Shown piece after piece: positions 28,416-41,384 of a DNA stretch of 64,000 nucleotides. Origin of the DNA: an uncultured Actinomycetes bacterium (GTDB lineage Bacteria; Actinomycetota; Actinomycetes; S36-B12; UBA10799). The notes beneath the pieces were generated by a model. The model was not told the DNA's origin. It did not search any database and was given only the letters and a program-made list of their open reading frames with translations. Position 1 is the first letter of the stretch, and every line of letters begins with the position of its first letter. The position numbers were made by a program, and so were the translations under genes. The stretch spans positions 4,318-68,317 of the forward strand of contig CAYYRC010000012.1 in the NCBI GenBank assembly GCA_964474045.1. The letters are read 5' to 3'.

Positions 28416-30023
28416 TCACTCCCACTCGATGGTGCCGGGCGGCTTGCTCGTGACGTCCAGCACGACACGGTTGATGCCTGGGACCTCGTTGGTGATCCGG
28501 TTGCTGATCCGGGCGATCAGGTCGTAAGGAAGCCGCGACCAGTCGGCGGTCATGGCGTCCTCGCTGGACACAGGGCGCAGCACGATGGGATGGCCGTAGG
28601 TGCGTCCGTCGCCCTGCACGCCGACGCTCCGCACATCGGCGAGCAGCACGACCGGGAACTGCCAGACGTCGCGATCCAGACCGGCCGCAGTCAGCTCCTC
28701 CCGCGCGACAAGGTCGGCTGCGCGCAGCAGGTCCAGGCGCTCCGGGGTGACCTCGCCGATGATCCGGATCGCGAGTCCGGGCCCGGGGAATGGGTGCCGC
28801 CACACGATCTCCGGCGGCAGGCCGAGCTCCAGGCCCACAGCACGGACCTCGTCCTTGAAGAGTGCGCGCAGCGGTTCAACCAGGGTGAACTGCAAATCCT
28901 CGGGCAGGCCACCGACGTTGTGATGGCTCTTGATGTTGGCAGTACCCGAGCCACCACCAGACTCGACCACGTCCGGATAGAGCGTCCCCTGCACCAGGAA
29001 GTCCACCTGCTCGCCGTGGGCACCGGCCTCGGCGACGACCTCCGCCGCGGCATCCTCGAAGACGCGGATGAACTCGCGGCCGATGATCTTTCGCTTGGTC
29101 TCCGGATCAGTCACCCCCGCCAGTTCGGAGGCGAAACGCTCACGCGCGTCCACGACCTTCAACGCGACGCCGGTGGCGGCGACGAAGTCCTGCTCAACCT
29201 GCTCTGCCTCCCCCGCTCGCAACAAACCGTGATCGACGAAGACGCAGGTCAACTGCTCCCCGACTGCGCGTTGCACCAACGCCGCTGCCACCGCCGAGTC
29301 CACGCCGCCCGACAACCCGCACAGCACCCGGTGGTCGCCCACTTGAGCGCGTATCTTGGCGACCTGCTCGTCGATCACCGACTCCGTGGTCCAGTCGGCG
29401 CCCAGACCGGCCAGGCCGTGCAGGAAGTTGGCCAGCACTGCCTGGCCGTGATCGGTGTGCAGGACCTCGGGGTGGAACTGCACGCCGGCCAGGCGTCGGT
29501 CGGCATTCTCGAAGGCTGCCACCGGCGCGCCGGCCGTGGTGGCCGTGACGGCGAATCCCTGCGGTGCTCTGGTGACGGCGTCACCGTGCGACATCCACAC
29601 CTGCTGCTCCGTTGGCAGCCCTGCGAAGGTCGCCCCCGGGTGGGCCACGCTCAGGGCTGTTGCGCCGTACTCCCTGGAACCTGTGCGGTCGACTTGGCCG
29701 CCGAGGGCGGCAGCCATCGCCTGGAAGCCGTAGCAGATGCCGAAAACCGGTACCCCGGCCTCGAAGATCGCCGCATCGACCGTCGGCGCCCCGTCCGCGT
29801 AGACGCTGGCGGGACCGCCGGAAAGGACGATGGCGGCCGGCCGCTTGGCCAGCATCCGGTCCACTGGCATCGTGTGCGGAACGATCTCCGAATACACCGA
29901 TGCCTCGCGCACACGACGCGCGATCAACTGGGCGTACTGGGCGCCGAAGTCGACGACGAGGACGGGGTGTTCGGCACCGGGACCCAGGGTCGTGTGCGCG
30001 GCGCGAGCAGCGGAGTCGGTCAT
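28416..30023 (-). CDS. guaA: Glutamine-hydrolyzing GMP synthase
   Basis: GATase region (GICYGFQ, HPE), PP-loop [12 protein letters not shown]-terminal [12 protein letters not shown] at 30023 is preferred over the 16-codon-longer track start. Confidence 0.93.
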   Translation of the reverse strand: MTDSAARAAHTTLGPGAEHPVLVVDFGAQYAQLIARRVREASVYSEIVPHTMPVDRMLAKRPAAIVLSGGPASVYADGAPTVDAAIFEAGVPVFGICYGFQAMAAALGGQVDRTGSREYGATALSVAHPGATFAGLPTEQQVWMSHGDAVTRAPQGFAVTATTAGAPVAAFENADRRLAGVQFHPEVLHTDHGQAVLANFLHGLAGLGADWTTESVIDEQVAKIRAQVGDHRVLCGLSGGVDSAVAAALVQRAVGEQLTCVFVDHGLLRAGEAEQVEQDFVAATGVALKVVDARERFASELAGVTDPETKRKIIGREFIRVFEDAAAEVVAEAGAHGEQVDFLVQGTLYPDVVESGGGSGTANIKSHHNVGGLPEDLQFTLVEPLRALFKDEVRAVGLELGLPPEIVWRHPFPGPGLAIRIIGEVTPERLDLLRAADLVAREELTAAGLDRDVWQFPVVLLADVRSVGVQGDGRTYGHPIVLRPVSSEDAMTADWSRLPYDLIARISNRITNEVPGINRVVLDVTSKPPGTIEWE

Positions 30024-30129
30024 GAGACCTGACTCTAGCGATGGCGGTTGGGCCGGCTGTCGGCCGTTCAATGCCGTTCGGTTCGCTCGTCCTGAGCTCG
30101 CCTCGATGCCCAGATCGTCCCGGCAGGTC

Positions 30130-31869
30130 CTAGCTGCGCACCTTGGGCATGCCGAGAGCTACCGGCAGCCGCCAGGCGCCGGGGGCGTCCGCGGGCACCA
30201 CCGGGCGCCGCGGCGGCACGGCCGGCAGCCGCCGGTACTCCTGCCCCTGATCGGGCCGCGGATCCTCCTCGCCCTTGTTGGGCCACATGGCCAGCGCTCG
30301 CTCGGCCTGCGCGGTGATGGTCAATGACGGGTTGACGCCCAGATTGGCGGTCACCGCCGCGCCATCCACGACGTGCAGGGTGGGGTAGCCGTGGACGCGC
30401 TGGTATGGATCGATCACCCCGGTGGCCGCACTCTCGGAGATCACCGCACCGCCGACGAAGTGCGCGGTCATGGGCGCGTTCAGCGGTTCGCCGATATTGC
30501 CGCCAGGCACACCTCCGATCACCTTCGCAAGCCGACGCACCGCCTCGTTGGCGATGGGGATGTACGTCGGGTTCGGCTCACCCTCCCCCTGCCTGCTGGA
30601 CATCTTGAATCGCCCGAACCTCGTGCGCTTCCCGGTCACCGTCACCGAGTTGTCGAGGTCCTGCATCACCAGCGCGATGACCCCGCGCTCGGACCACTTG
30701 CGCACGTTGAGCAACTTGGCCATGCTCCGGCGTTGCTGCACGACCTCCCGCAGCCATGTGCGGGCCCGGTGGGTGCCCGGCTCCTCGTCGGTCAGCACCG
30801 TCTGCATAAGCCCCATCGCGTTCGAGCCCTTGCCATAGCGCACCGGCTCGATGTGCGTGTGCGGCTCCGGGTGGAAGCTGGACGTGATGGCCACTCCACG
30901 CGAGTAGTCCTCGCCGGAGGTCCCGCCGACTGCACCCACCAGCGACTCCGAATTGGTGCGCGACCGGAACCCGAGCCGGTCCGAGAGCTTCGGCAATACC
31001 CCGTCGGTCTTCATCCTGTGCAGCAGCTTCTGCGTGCTATAGGTCCCGGCGGCTACGACGACCTGATCCGCCGTGAAGACCCGACGGCCACCCGGGCGCC
31101 CGGTGCGCTTCGTCACCACGCGCCACGATCCGTCTTCGCCACCCGATCCGCCTCCGCCGGCGCGCGGTGGCCGCAGCTCGATCGCGCGGGTCAGCGGGAA
31201 CACTTGGGCGCCGGCGCGCTCGGCGAGACCCAGATAGTTCTTCGGGAGTGTGTTCTTGGCATTGTGCCGACAGCCCGTCATGCATTCGCCGCACTCGATG
31301 CAGCCCGTCCGCTCGGGCCCGACTCCACCGAAGAAGGGATCGGGGGACTTCTCCCCCGCACCCGCGCCGAAGAAGACCCCGACCGGCGTCATGCGGAAGG
31401 TGTCGCCCACCCCCATCTGGTCGGCGACCTCCTTCATGGCCACGTCCGACGGCGTCATGGTCGGGTTCTGCACGACGCCCAGCATGCGCGTCGCCTGGTC
31501 GTAGTAGGGGGCGAGCTCGTCGGCCCAGTCCGTGATGTGCGCCCACTGACGGTCCTCGAAGAAGGGCGCCGGCGGCACGTAGAGAGTGTTCGCGTAAACC
31601 AACGACCCGCCGCCGACACCCGCGCCGGCGAGCACCATCACGTTGTTCAACAGGTGGATGCGCTGGACCCCGGTGCAGCCCAGGCCCGGCGCCCACAGGA
31701 AGTCCCGGATCCGCCACGACGTCTTGGGGAAGTCCTTGTCGGCGAAGCGCCGGCCAGCCTCGAGGACGGCTACCCGATAGCCCTTCTCAACCAACCGGAG
31801 CGCGGCCACCGAGCCGCCGAACCCCGATCCGACGATGACGACGTCGAAGTGCCCAGCATCCTTCATCAA
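30130..31869 (-). CDS. GMC-family FAD oxidoreductase (ChoD/cholesterol-oxidase-like)
   Basis: 579 aa with [19 protein letters not shown]. The position next to guaB3 matches mycobacterial choD synteny. Confidence 0.8.
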   Translation of the reverse strand: MMKDAGHFDVVIVGSGFGGSVAALRLVEKGYRVAVLEAGRRFADKDFPKTSWRIRDFLWAPGLGCTGVQRIHLLNNVMVLAGAGVGGGSLVYANTLYVPPAPFFEDRQWAHITDWADELAPYYDQATRMLGVVQNPTMTPSDVAMKEVADQMGVGDTFRMTPVGVFFGAGAGEKSPDPFFGGVGPERTGCIECGECMTGCRHNAKNTLPKNYLGLAERAGAQVFPLTRAIELRPPRAGGGGSGGEDGSWRVVTKRTGRPGGRRVFTADQVVVAAGTYSTQKLLHRMKTDGVLPKLSDRLGFRSRTNSESLVGAVGGTSGEDYSRGVAITSSFHPEPHTHIEPVRYGKGSNAMGLMQTVLTDEEPGTHRARTWLREVVQQRRSMAKLLNVRKWSERGVIALVMQDLDNSVTVTGKRTRFGRFKMSSRQGEGEPNPTYIPIANEAVRRLAKVIGGVPGGNIGEPLNAPMTAHFVGGAVISESAATGVIDPYQRVHGYPTLHVVDGAAVTANLGVNPSLTITAQAERALAMWPNKGEEDPRPDQGQEYRRLPAVPPRRPVVPADAPGAWRLPVALGMPKVRS

Positions 31870-31884
31870 CTCGACCCTGCCTCT

Positions 31885-33486
31885 CTACTTCATTCCCAGT
31901 CGGCGCATGACCGCGACGGACGTGATGAGCCCCTCGCCCCAGACCTTGTCCGAGACCCCGTCCGGGCGCGTGAACCCCTGGATGCGCTGGGCGGCGACGT
32001 TCTTGATCTCGGTGTACTTCAACAGCCCCTCCTTGCCGTGCCGCCTCCCCAACCCAGAGGCCCGGAAGCCGCCCATGGGCGCATCCACGCTGGCCCAAGC
32101 CGCCCCGTACCCCTCGTTGATGTTGACCGTGCCCGCGTGCAGCTGTCGTGCGATCGCCCGGCCATGCTTGACCGAGCCCACGAGGACCGAGGCATTCAGC
32201 CCGTACTCGGTGTTGTTCGCCCGCTCGATCGCCTCCTCCACGGAGTCGACGCGGTACACGCTCACGACCGGGCCGAAGGTCTCGGTGAAGCTCAGAATCA
32301 TCTCCCGTGTGACGTCGGCCAGGATGGTGGGCTCGTAGAAGAATGGCCCCACGTCCGGACGAGCCTTGCCGCCGGCCAGGACGGTGGCGCCCTGCGCGAC
32401 CGCGTCGTCGACGTGCTCGCTGACGCGCGCGAGTTGTCGCGCCGAGATCAGCGACCCGACGTCCGCCCCCCAGCCGATCCCGGCGCGGAGCTGGAGCGCG
32501 TTGGTGCGCCGGACGAATGCGGCCAGGAACTCGTCGTAGACATCGGTGTGGATGTAGATGCGCTCCATCGAGATGCAGAGCTGGCCCGTGTTGGCGAAGC
32601 TCGCCGACACGGCGATCTGGGCCGCCCGCTCCACCTTGATGTCCGGCGCGACGATCATGGCGTTCTTGCCGCCGAGCTCCATGGAGCAGCCGATCAGCCG
32701 CTCGCCGCAGCGCGAGGCCACCTGCCGCCCAGTCGCCGTGGATCCGGTGAACATCACGTAGTCCGCGCGGTCGACCACCATCGGGCCCACCACCGGGCCG
32801 TCGCCGCTGACGACGTTGAGCACACCCTCGGGCAGCCCCGCCTCGAGCATCTGCTCGACCACCCAGAGCGCCGTGAACATCGTCTGCGTGTCAGGTTTGA
32901 GCACCACGGCGTTTCCGGCCACGAGCGCGGCGATGGCGTCGGTGATCGCCAGCGTCAAGGGATAGTTCCAGGGCGAGATCATGCCCACCACGCCGATCGG
33001 GACATGGTGGACCTTCGCCGCCGTCAGCAGCGGGATGGCCCCTCGACGCCGGTTGCTCGCCAGCGCCTTCTCGGCCGTGCGGGCGTAGTAGCGAGCCGTG
33101 ATGAGCACGTCGCCGAGTTCCTCGGAGGCAGAGCCGCGGGACTTGCCCGTCTCGAGCTGGACGATGTCCATCCCCTGCTGCCGGCGGGCGTAGACCAGGT
33201 CGTGGAACCGCAGCAGGACACGGCAGCGCTCCCTGATCGGCGTCTGTTCCCAGACCTTCTGCTGACGGCGCGCCGTCTCGAAGGCGATGTCCACGTCGGC
33301 CTCCGACGAGGATGGGACGGCCGGCAAGGGAGAGGCGTCGAAGGGCGCGGTCCCCACCGTCACCGCCCCCGACCCGGATGCGACGACGCGTGAGCGCAGC
33401 AGCCGCACCAGGTCCGCCGACATCACGCTGTCGGCCAGGGGGGTGCTGGTGTCGGGGGCTACGTCGATGCTCAGGTCAGCGCTCAT
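31885..33486 (-). CDS. NAD(P)-dependent aldehyde dehydrogenase (succinate-semialdehyde dehydrogenase GabD2-like)
   Basis: MELGGKNA and the catalytic Cys context GQLCISMER. SPWNYPL. ATG at 33486 chosen; start uncertain. Confidence 0.8.
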   Translation of the reverse strand: MSADLSIDVAPDTSTPLADSVMSADLVRLLRSRVVASGSGAVTVGTAPFDASPLPAVPSSSEADVDIAFETARRQQKVWEQTPIRERCRVLLRFHDLVYARRQQGMDIVQLETGKSRGSASEELGDVLITARYYARTAEKALASNRRRGAIPLLTAAKVHHVPIGVVGMISPWNYPLTLAITDAIAALVAGNAVVLKPDTQTMFTALWVVEQMLEAGLPEGVLNVVSGDGPVVGPMVVDRADYVMFTGSTATGRQVASRCGERLIGCSMELGGKNAMIVAPDIKVERAAQIAVSASFANTGQLCISMERIYIHTDVYDEFLAAFVRRTNALQLRAGIGWGADVGSLISARQLARVSEHVDDAVAQGATVLAGGKARPDVGPFFYEPTILADVTREMILSFTETFGPVVSVYRVDSVEEAIERANNTEYGLNASVLVGSVKHGRAIARQLHAGTVNINEGYGAAWASVDAPMGGFRASGLGRRHGKEGLLKYTEIKNVAAQRIQGFTRPDGVSDKVWGEGLITSVAVMRRLGMK

Positions 33487-33523
33487 GTCCGCAGGGTAAG
33501 CCGTTACGGGCGCAACGTCACGA

Positions 33524-34642
33524 CTATCGGGGGCCGCCGCCCACAACGACCTCGACCCGCTGGAACTCCTTGAGGTCCGCGTACCCGCAGGTGGCCACGG
33601 CCCGACGCAGCGCCCCGGCGATATTCATCAGCCCGCTGGCCACCGTTGACGGACCCACGAGGATCTCGGCCAGGGAGCCGCTGGTCCCAAGCTCGACGAT
33701 CTCGCCCCTGGGCAGCGTGGGGTGCACCGCCTCCATGCCCCAGTGCCTCCCGGCGCCGGGCGCCTCGTCCGCGCGCGCGAGCATGGAGCCCACCATCACC
33801 GCATCCGCGCCGCATGCGACAGCTTTGACGATGTCGCCGGTTCGGCCCATGCCGCCGTCGGCGATGACGTGGACGTAGCGGCCACCGGACTCATCCAGGT
33901 AAGCGGTGCGGGCTGCCGCGACCTCGGCGATGGCGGTTGCCATCGGCACCCGCACGCCAAGCACCTGATGGGTCGTGTGGGCGGCGCCGCCGCCGAAACC
34001 GACGAGAACGCCTGCGGCGCCGGCACGCATCAGGTGCAGCGCAGCGGACTTGGTGGCTACACCGCCGACGACCACCGGGATCTCGAGCTCGTAGATGAAC
34101 TGCTTGAGGTTGAGCGGGGCGCCGCTGCCGGTGACGTGCTCGGCGCTGACCGTCGTGCCGCGGATGACGAAGACGTCCATGCCGGCGTCGGTGACCACCT
34201 CGGCGTACTGCTCGGCCAGCTGCGGCGACAGCGCGCCGGCGACGGTGATGCCCAGGTCCCGCAGCTGGCGGATGCGCGCGCCCATGAGCTCTGCCGAGAT
34301 CGGCTCCCGGTACAGCTGCTGCATCCGGGCCAGGGCTGCGCCCGGGCTCATGCGCCCGAGGTCGCGCAGGTGCTCCTCAGGGTCGGCGAAGCGCGTCCAC
34401 AGCCCCTCGAGATTGAGCACTGCCAAGGCGCCCAGACGGCTGATCTCGGCCGCGGTAGCCGGCGACACCACCGAGTCCGACGGTGCCGCCACCACCGGGA
34501 CGTCGAACGAGTACGCATCAAGGCGCCACGCCGTCGAGCACTCCCGGGGGTCGCGGGTACGCCGGCTGGGGGCGATGGCGACGTCGTCCAGAGAGTAGGC
34601 GACTCGACCGCGCTTGTTCGGTCCGATCTCGACTTCGGTCAC
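33524..34642 (-). CDS. guaB3: GuaB3-type IMP dehydrogenase-family protein (no CBS pair)
   Basis: 372 aa TIM-barrel IMPDH-like protein (VIADGGM, GSMLA) without the CBS insertion, directly downstream of guaB. Confidence 0.8.
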   Translation of the reverse strand: MTEVEIGPNKRGRVAYSLDDVAIAPSRRTRDPRECSTAWRLDAYSFDVPVVAAPSDSVVSPATAAEISRLGALAVLNLEGLWTRFADPEEHLRDLGRMSPGAALARMQQLYREPISAELMGARIRQLRDLGITVAGALSPQLAEQYAEVVTDAGMDVFVIRGTTVSAEHVTGSGAPLNLKQFIYELEIPVVVGGVATKSAALHLMRAGAAGVLVGFGGGAAHTTHQVLGVRVPMATAIAEVAAARTAYLDESGGRYVHVIADGGMGRTGDIVKAVACGADAVMVGSMLARADEAPGAGRHWGMEAVHPTLPRGEIVELGTSGSLAEILVGPSTVASGLMNIAGALRRAVATCGYADLKEFQRVEVVVGGGPR

Positions 34643-34665
34643 GGGCGAAGCCTACGCCGACGGCC

Positions 34666-36162
<1,497 letters not shown>

Positions 36163-36184
36163 TTACCCGCGTCCGTCGCGGCGC

Positions 36185-36781
36185 CTACTCCAGCAGGCCC
36201 CAGCGGAAGCCGCTGGCCACGGCCTGGGCTCGGTCGGCGGCGCCCAGCTTGCGGTACAGACGCCGGGCATGGGTCTTGACGGTGTCCTCCGAGAGGTACA
36301 GCTCGCGGCCGATCTCGCTGTTCGACAGTCCCCGGGACATGCCGTCGAGCACTTGGATCTCCCGTTCGCTCAGCTCCGGGCGATCACCCAGCTGCGCGGC
36401 GTGGACGGCGGGGGCCGAGGCTCCCAGCACCAGGGCGATGGTGGCTGCGAGCTCCTCGGCGGTGGCGTCTTTGGCCAGGTAACCGCGGGCTCCAGCCTCC
36501 ACGGCCATGCCGACGGCGTCTGGGTCGCCGGCCGTGGTGAGCATGACGACGATGGCGTCCGCGTGCTGCGACCGCAGCCGCCGCAGCGCCTCGACCCCGC
36601 CGATGCCGGGCATCCGGACATCCATCAGCACGAGATCGGGACGGTCGGCCTCGTACCTGGCCAGGGCCTCCTCGCCGCTTCCTGCCGTGATCACGCGGGC
36701 GACGCCGGACTGCTCTGCCACCATGCGGCGCAACGACTCCCGCGTCATCGCGTCGTCGTCGCACACCATGACTGTCAACAA
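36185..36781 (-). CDS. NarL/FixJ (LuxR-type) response regulator
   Basis: Receiver residues are present: DDD, LMDVRMP, MLTT and LAKD. The C-terminal LuxR HTH reads LSEREIQVLDGMSRGLSNSEIGRELYLSEDTVKTHARRLYRKLG. TTG at 36781 is preferred to give a full beta-1 strand; ATG at 36769 is the alternative. Confidence 0.85.
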   Translation of the reverse strand: MLTVMVCDDDAMTRESLRRMVAEQSGVARVITAGSGEEALARYEADRPDLVLMDVRMPGIGGVEALRRLRSQHADAIVVMLTTAGDPDAVGMAVEAGARGYLAKDATAEELAATIALVLGASAPAVHAAQLGDRPELSEREIQVLDGMSRGLSNSEIGRELYLSEDTVKTHARRLYRKLGAADRAQAVASGFRWGLLE

Positions 36782-36818
36782 AGTCGCGCTCCTCGTCTGT
36801 GCATGTCCACGCCCCGGC

Positions 36819-37724
36819 TCAGCCGCCCCGGAACAACGGCGCCACGTCGGGGCGCATCGTCCACTCCGCCACGATGTTCGGCGGCAGGTCCGAGGCGATG
36901 AGGCGGACCGCGTACTCCGCCGAGCGCCGACAGCGCTCAGCCTCCTCCGGGTCACTGCCCTGCAGCCAGTTGGCCAGCAGGCCCCGGGTGACCCACACCA
37001 GCGGCCAGGCACCCAGCGACTCGGACAGCAACGCGCTGCGGCCGAGCGTCGCCAGCGCCCCCGGATCGCCGGCGGCCTGCATCGCAACGCCCAGGAACAG
37101 CAGGCTCTTGGCGACGTGCCGCGGCGCACCGACGCGCTCGGCCTCCTGCACCGAGCGGTTCAGCGCCGCGACGGCATCCGCGGGCCGGTCCAGCATGAGC
37201 GCGACCTCGCTCTGGACCCATCCCAGCCGCACCCGCTCTCGCCACCAGCGCGGCTCGTCCGAGCACAAGGATCGGGCGTGGGTCACGAAGGCGAGGGCCG
37301 TGTCCCGGTCGCCCAGGCCCACCGAGTCAGCCGCCTGGCCCAGGGCTGCGTCGAACTGAATCTGGGCATCGCCGGGAGCCACCTGCGCCGCCCACTCGTC
37401 GAACTCGCTGGCCTCTGCATGGCGTCCCACCTGGCGGTGGATCGAGGCCAAGGTCCCCGCCGCCGCGGCGGCGTAGTGGCGGGTGCTGAGGTCGGCGTCG
37501 GGAGGGACCTGCAGCAGATGCTGCAGCTGCGCCGCCGCCGTGCCGAACTGCCCGGCGGCCGCCTGGCAGACACCGAGCAGCCACCGGGCCTCGATCCGGT
37601 CCGGACCCCCGGCGTAGCTGGAGCGCAGGAACTGCTGAAGGGGCGCGATTCCATCGCCGGGGCGCCCATGGAACGCTGCGCGCTCACCTGCGTCGAGCAA
37701 CCTCCGGTCGGCCACGTTGGGCAT
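36819..37724 (-). CDS. Hypothetical all-helical (TPR-like) protein
   Basis: ATG at 37724, 1 nt after the MerR stop. 301 aa, Ala/Leu/Arg-rich with helical repeat character. No recognisable catalytic motif. Confidence 0.5.
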   Translation of the reverse strand: MPNVADRRLLDAGERAAFHGRPGDGIAPLQQFLRSSYAGGPDRIEARWLLGVCQAAAGQFGTAAAQLQHLLQVPPDADLSTRHYAAAAAGTLASIHRQVGRHAEASEFDEWAAQVAPGDAQIQFDAALGQAADSVGLGDRDTALAFVTHARSLCSDEPRWWRERVRLGWVQSEVALMLDRPADAVAALNRSVQEAERVGAPRHVAKSLLFLGVAMQAAGDPGALATLGRSALLSESLGAWPLVWVTRGLLANWLQGSDPEEAERCRRSAEYAVRLIASDLPPNIVAEWTMRPDVAPLFRGG

Positions 37725-37725
37725 G

Positions 37726-38733
37726 CTACGCGGGTCGAAGCACCTGCGTGACCGCTCCCGGAAGGTCTGTGGCCAGGGCTTCCCCGCCGACGCTGGCAAC
37801 AGGCCAGCCGGGGCCGGCGAGGACGAGCCTGGGCATGGGCCGAATGGGTGGGATAGCGACCAGCGCGGCCGGATCGGCGACTGGGAGGCAGGCCCAGAGG
37901 ACCACGCCCTCCGGGCCGGTCCGCCTGATCGCCGCGTGCAGGGCTGACGTCGGCGTTCGCGCGCCTAGGACCAGGGCGCTGCGTCCGCGATCTGCGAGTG
38001 CGGCCGCCAGCGCATACATGGGCAGGTCGTGGAGCTCGTCCGGCGCGCAGGCACAAAGGATCGGCGGCGGGTCGCCGCTTACCCGCTGCCGTCGTCCACC
38101 GAGGGCGGCAGCGTGGGCAGCGAGCTCGGCACGCGCCACGTTGCTGAGCAGATGTTCCACCTCGATGCCGGTGCCCGAGCGCTGCCAGGCACGGCCGAGG
38201 GCCGCCAACACCGGTCGCAGCACCTCATCCCACGTCCAGTCCGCGCCGCGCTCCGCCAGCGACCCGCGGATCAGCTCCGAACAGCGACCAGCGTCCATGG
38301 CGCCGCTGGCAGCGGAAAGCCCCCGCACAAGACGAGCGGCCTCCTGGCCCGGCAACGGCGGCGGGATGTCCGCCGGCGCTGGACCTGGACCGGCTGCCGC
38401 CGGCTCCGCGCGGGAGCCGGCGGCTTCCGCACCGGACCACGACCGAGCCTGTTCGGCGGCGTCGGCGACGCTCACCCCGGAGCGCACCAGTTCCTGCATC
38501 AACCGCAGCCGCTCAACATCCGCCGCGCCGTAGCGCCGGTGTGATCCCGGGGCGTGCGTCCCAGGACCGAGGCCGTAGCGGCGATCCCAGGTGCGCAACG
38601 TGGCTGGCGCAACCCCCAGCCGCCTGGCGACCGCGGCGACCGTCAGCCCTGGCGACGCGGTCGGCGCTGCCTCTACCCCATTGCTCACAGCCGAAGTCTT
38701 GCCCCGGGCGCCCGGATGCGCCAGTTGGCACAC
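37726..38733 (-). CDS. MerR-family transcriptional regulator with C-terminal B12-binding-like (degenerate) domain
   Basis: MerR HTH LTVAAVARRLGVAPATLRTWDRRYGL...HRRY. The C-terminal ILCACAPDELHDLPM...LVLGARTP resembles the ExHxxG Rossmann-like cobalamin domain of CarH/LitR-type regulators, with Gly replaced by Pro. The start is uncertain (GTG 38733 or GTG 38688). Confidence 0.7.
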   Translation of the reverse strand: MCQLAHPGARGKTSAVSNGVEAAPTASPGLTVAAVARRLGVAPATLRTWDRRYGLGPGTHAPGSHRRYGAADVERLRLMQELVRSGVSVADAAEQARSWSGAEAAGSRAEPAAAGPGPAPADIPPPLPGQEAARLVRGLSAASGAMDAGRCSELIRGSLAERGADWTWDEVLRPVLAALGRAWQRSGTGIEVEHLLSNVARAELAAHAAALGGRRQRVSGDPPPILCACAPDELHDLPMYALAAALADRGRSALVLGARTPTSALHAAIRRTGPEGVVLWACLPVADPAALVAIPPIRPMPRLVLAGPGWPVASVGGEALATDLPGAVTQVLRPA

Positions 38734-38766
38734 CTAAACGCTCCTAAAAAGATGCAAACATGCCCC

Positions 38767-38796
38767 TTGCACAACTTTTGGCGCGATTGCTACTCT
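38767..38796 (+). promoter_or_regulatory. Candidate whiB promoter (TTGCAC - 18 nt - TACTCT) in a locally AT-richer patch
   Basis: Hexamers read directly, about 30 nt upstream of the whiB ATG. No experimental support. Confidence 0.3.
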
Positions 38797-38826
38797 TCCT
38801 CCACACCCGAAACCTGGAGGAACGCC

Positions 38827-39120
38827 ATGGCTGAACTTTCCCGACTCCCCGGCCGCAACGCTGACTTCTGGGACTGGCAGCTGCAAGCAGCGTGCCGCGG
38901 CAAGGACCCCAACATCTTCTTCCACCCGGAGGGTGAGCGGGGAGCTGCGCGGGAGCGTCGCATCGCCGCTGCCAAGGCCATCTGCGCCACCTGCCCGGTG
39001 ATGCGCGAGTGCTCGCAGCACGCCCTCACCGTTCGCGAGCCCTATGGCATCTGGGGCAACCAGAGCGAGGATGAGCGCTTCGCCACGGTGCGCCGCAGCA
39101 GGCTGGCGCCAGCGGTCTGA
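38827..39120 (+). CDS. whiB: WhiB-family redox-sensing transcription factor (WhiB3/WhiD-like by position)
   Basis: 97 aa with GGAGG upstream. Four Cys (AACRG, CATCPVMREC) and the GIWG turn. Adjacent to groEL as in Mycobacterium and Streptomyces. Confidence 0.9.
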   Translation: MAELSRLPGRNADFWDWQLQAACRGKDPNIFFHPEGERGAARERRIAAAKAICATCPVMRECSQHALTVREPYGIWGNQSEDERFATVRRSRLAPAV

Positions 39121-39135
39121 GGCCCCGCCCGCCAG

Positions 39136-39182
39136 CAAGAGCTCGGCCCCCGACCCGTTGTGGGTCGGGGGCCGAGCTCTTG
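39136..39182. terminator. Bidirectional stem-loop between convergent whiB and groEL (21-bp perfect stem, 5-nt loop)
   Basis: caagagctcggcccccgaccc / gttgt / gggtcgggggccgagctcttg, read directly. Confidence 0.7.
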
Positions 39183-39193
39183 TTCCGGTCGTG

Positions 39194-40855
<1,662 letters not shown>

Positions 40856-40877
40856 TCATGAGCTTGGGCACGCACGC

Positions 40878-40918
40878 GAGCGGGCGCCCCGGCGCCACGT
40901 GGGCCGGGGCGCCCGCTC
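40878..40918 (-). other. Intercistronic GC-rich stem-loop between groES and groEL
   Basis: gagcgggcgccccggc / 9-nt loop / gccggggcgcccgctc; 16-bp stem read directly. Confidence 0.5.
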
Positions 40919-40932
40919 TGGGTTCGCGTGGC

Positions 40933-41229
40933 TTACTTGTCGACGACCGCGAGGACGTCGCGGGCGGAGAGGATCAGGTACTCCTCGCCCTTGTACTTGA
41001 TCTCGGTGCCGCCGTACTTGGAGTACACGACGACATCGTCGACGGCGACGTCCATGGGAACGCGCTCGCCGGCTTCGTTGAACCGGCCCGGGCCGACAGC
41101 GAGGACTTTGCCCTCCTGCGGCTTCTCCTTGGCGGTGTCCGGGATGACCAGACCCGACTGGGTCTTCTGCTCGGCGTCGAGCGGTTGCACGAGGATGCGG
41201 TCCTCGAGCGGCTTGATGGCGACCGACAC
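40933..41229 (-). CDS. groES: Co-chaperonin GroES
   Basis: 98 aa: [12 protein letters not shown]...[24 protein letters not shown]...GGTEIKY. Confidence 0.97.
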   Translation of the reverse strand: MSVAIKPLEDRILVQPLDAEQKTQSGLVIPDTAKEKPQEGKVLAVGPGRFNEAGERVPMDVAVDDVVVYSKYGGTEIKYKGEEYLILSARDVLAVVDK

Positions 41230-41322
41230 GGTCTAACCTCCGTTTGGCACAGGATGGGGACACTTAGATGGAACTGGCGCGGAAGACGCCGACCGCCGTC
41301 GCGGTGCGGAGAGCGAACCCGC

Positions 41323-41349
41323 TTGGCACTCACTGTTCCTGAGTGCCAA
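41323..41349 (-). promoter_or_regulatory. CIRCE operator (HrcA site) 1: TTGGCACTC-N9-GAGTGCCAA
   Basis: Perfect 9-bp inverted repeat with a 9-nt spacer, about 95 nt upstream of groES. Matches the CIRCE consensus TTAGCACTC-N9-GAGTGCTAA. Confidence 0.85.
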
Positions 41350-41357
41350 TACACACG

Positions 41358-41384
41358 TTAGCACTCACCCGGCGGGAGTGCCAG
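41358..41384 (-). promoter_or_regulatory. CIRCE operator 2: TTAGCACTC-N9-GAGTGCCAG
   Basis: Second CIRCE-like inverted repeat, 8 nt from the first. The right arm has two mismatches to a perfect palindrome. It overlaps the last codons and stop of the upstream methyltransferase ORF. Confidence 0.75.

Noticed and set aside
30373-33393. 1006-aa plus-strand ORF, the longest in the track
   Set aside because: Antisense to the GMC oxidoreductase and aldehyde dehydrogenase genes. Arg/His/Gly/Asp-rich with no motifs.
36819-37129. Extended 314-aa version of the response-regulator ORF (36185..37129)
   Set aside because: The extra N-terminal 116 codons overlap the upstream helical-protein gene in another frame. 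The receiver domain begins at LLTVMVCDDD.
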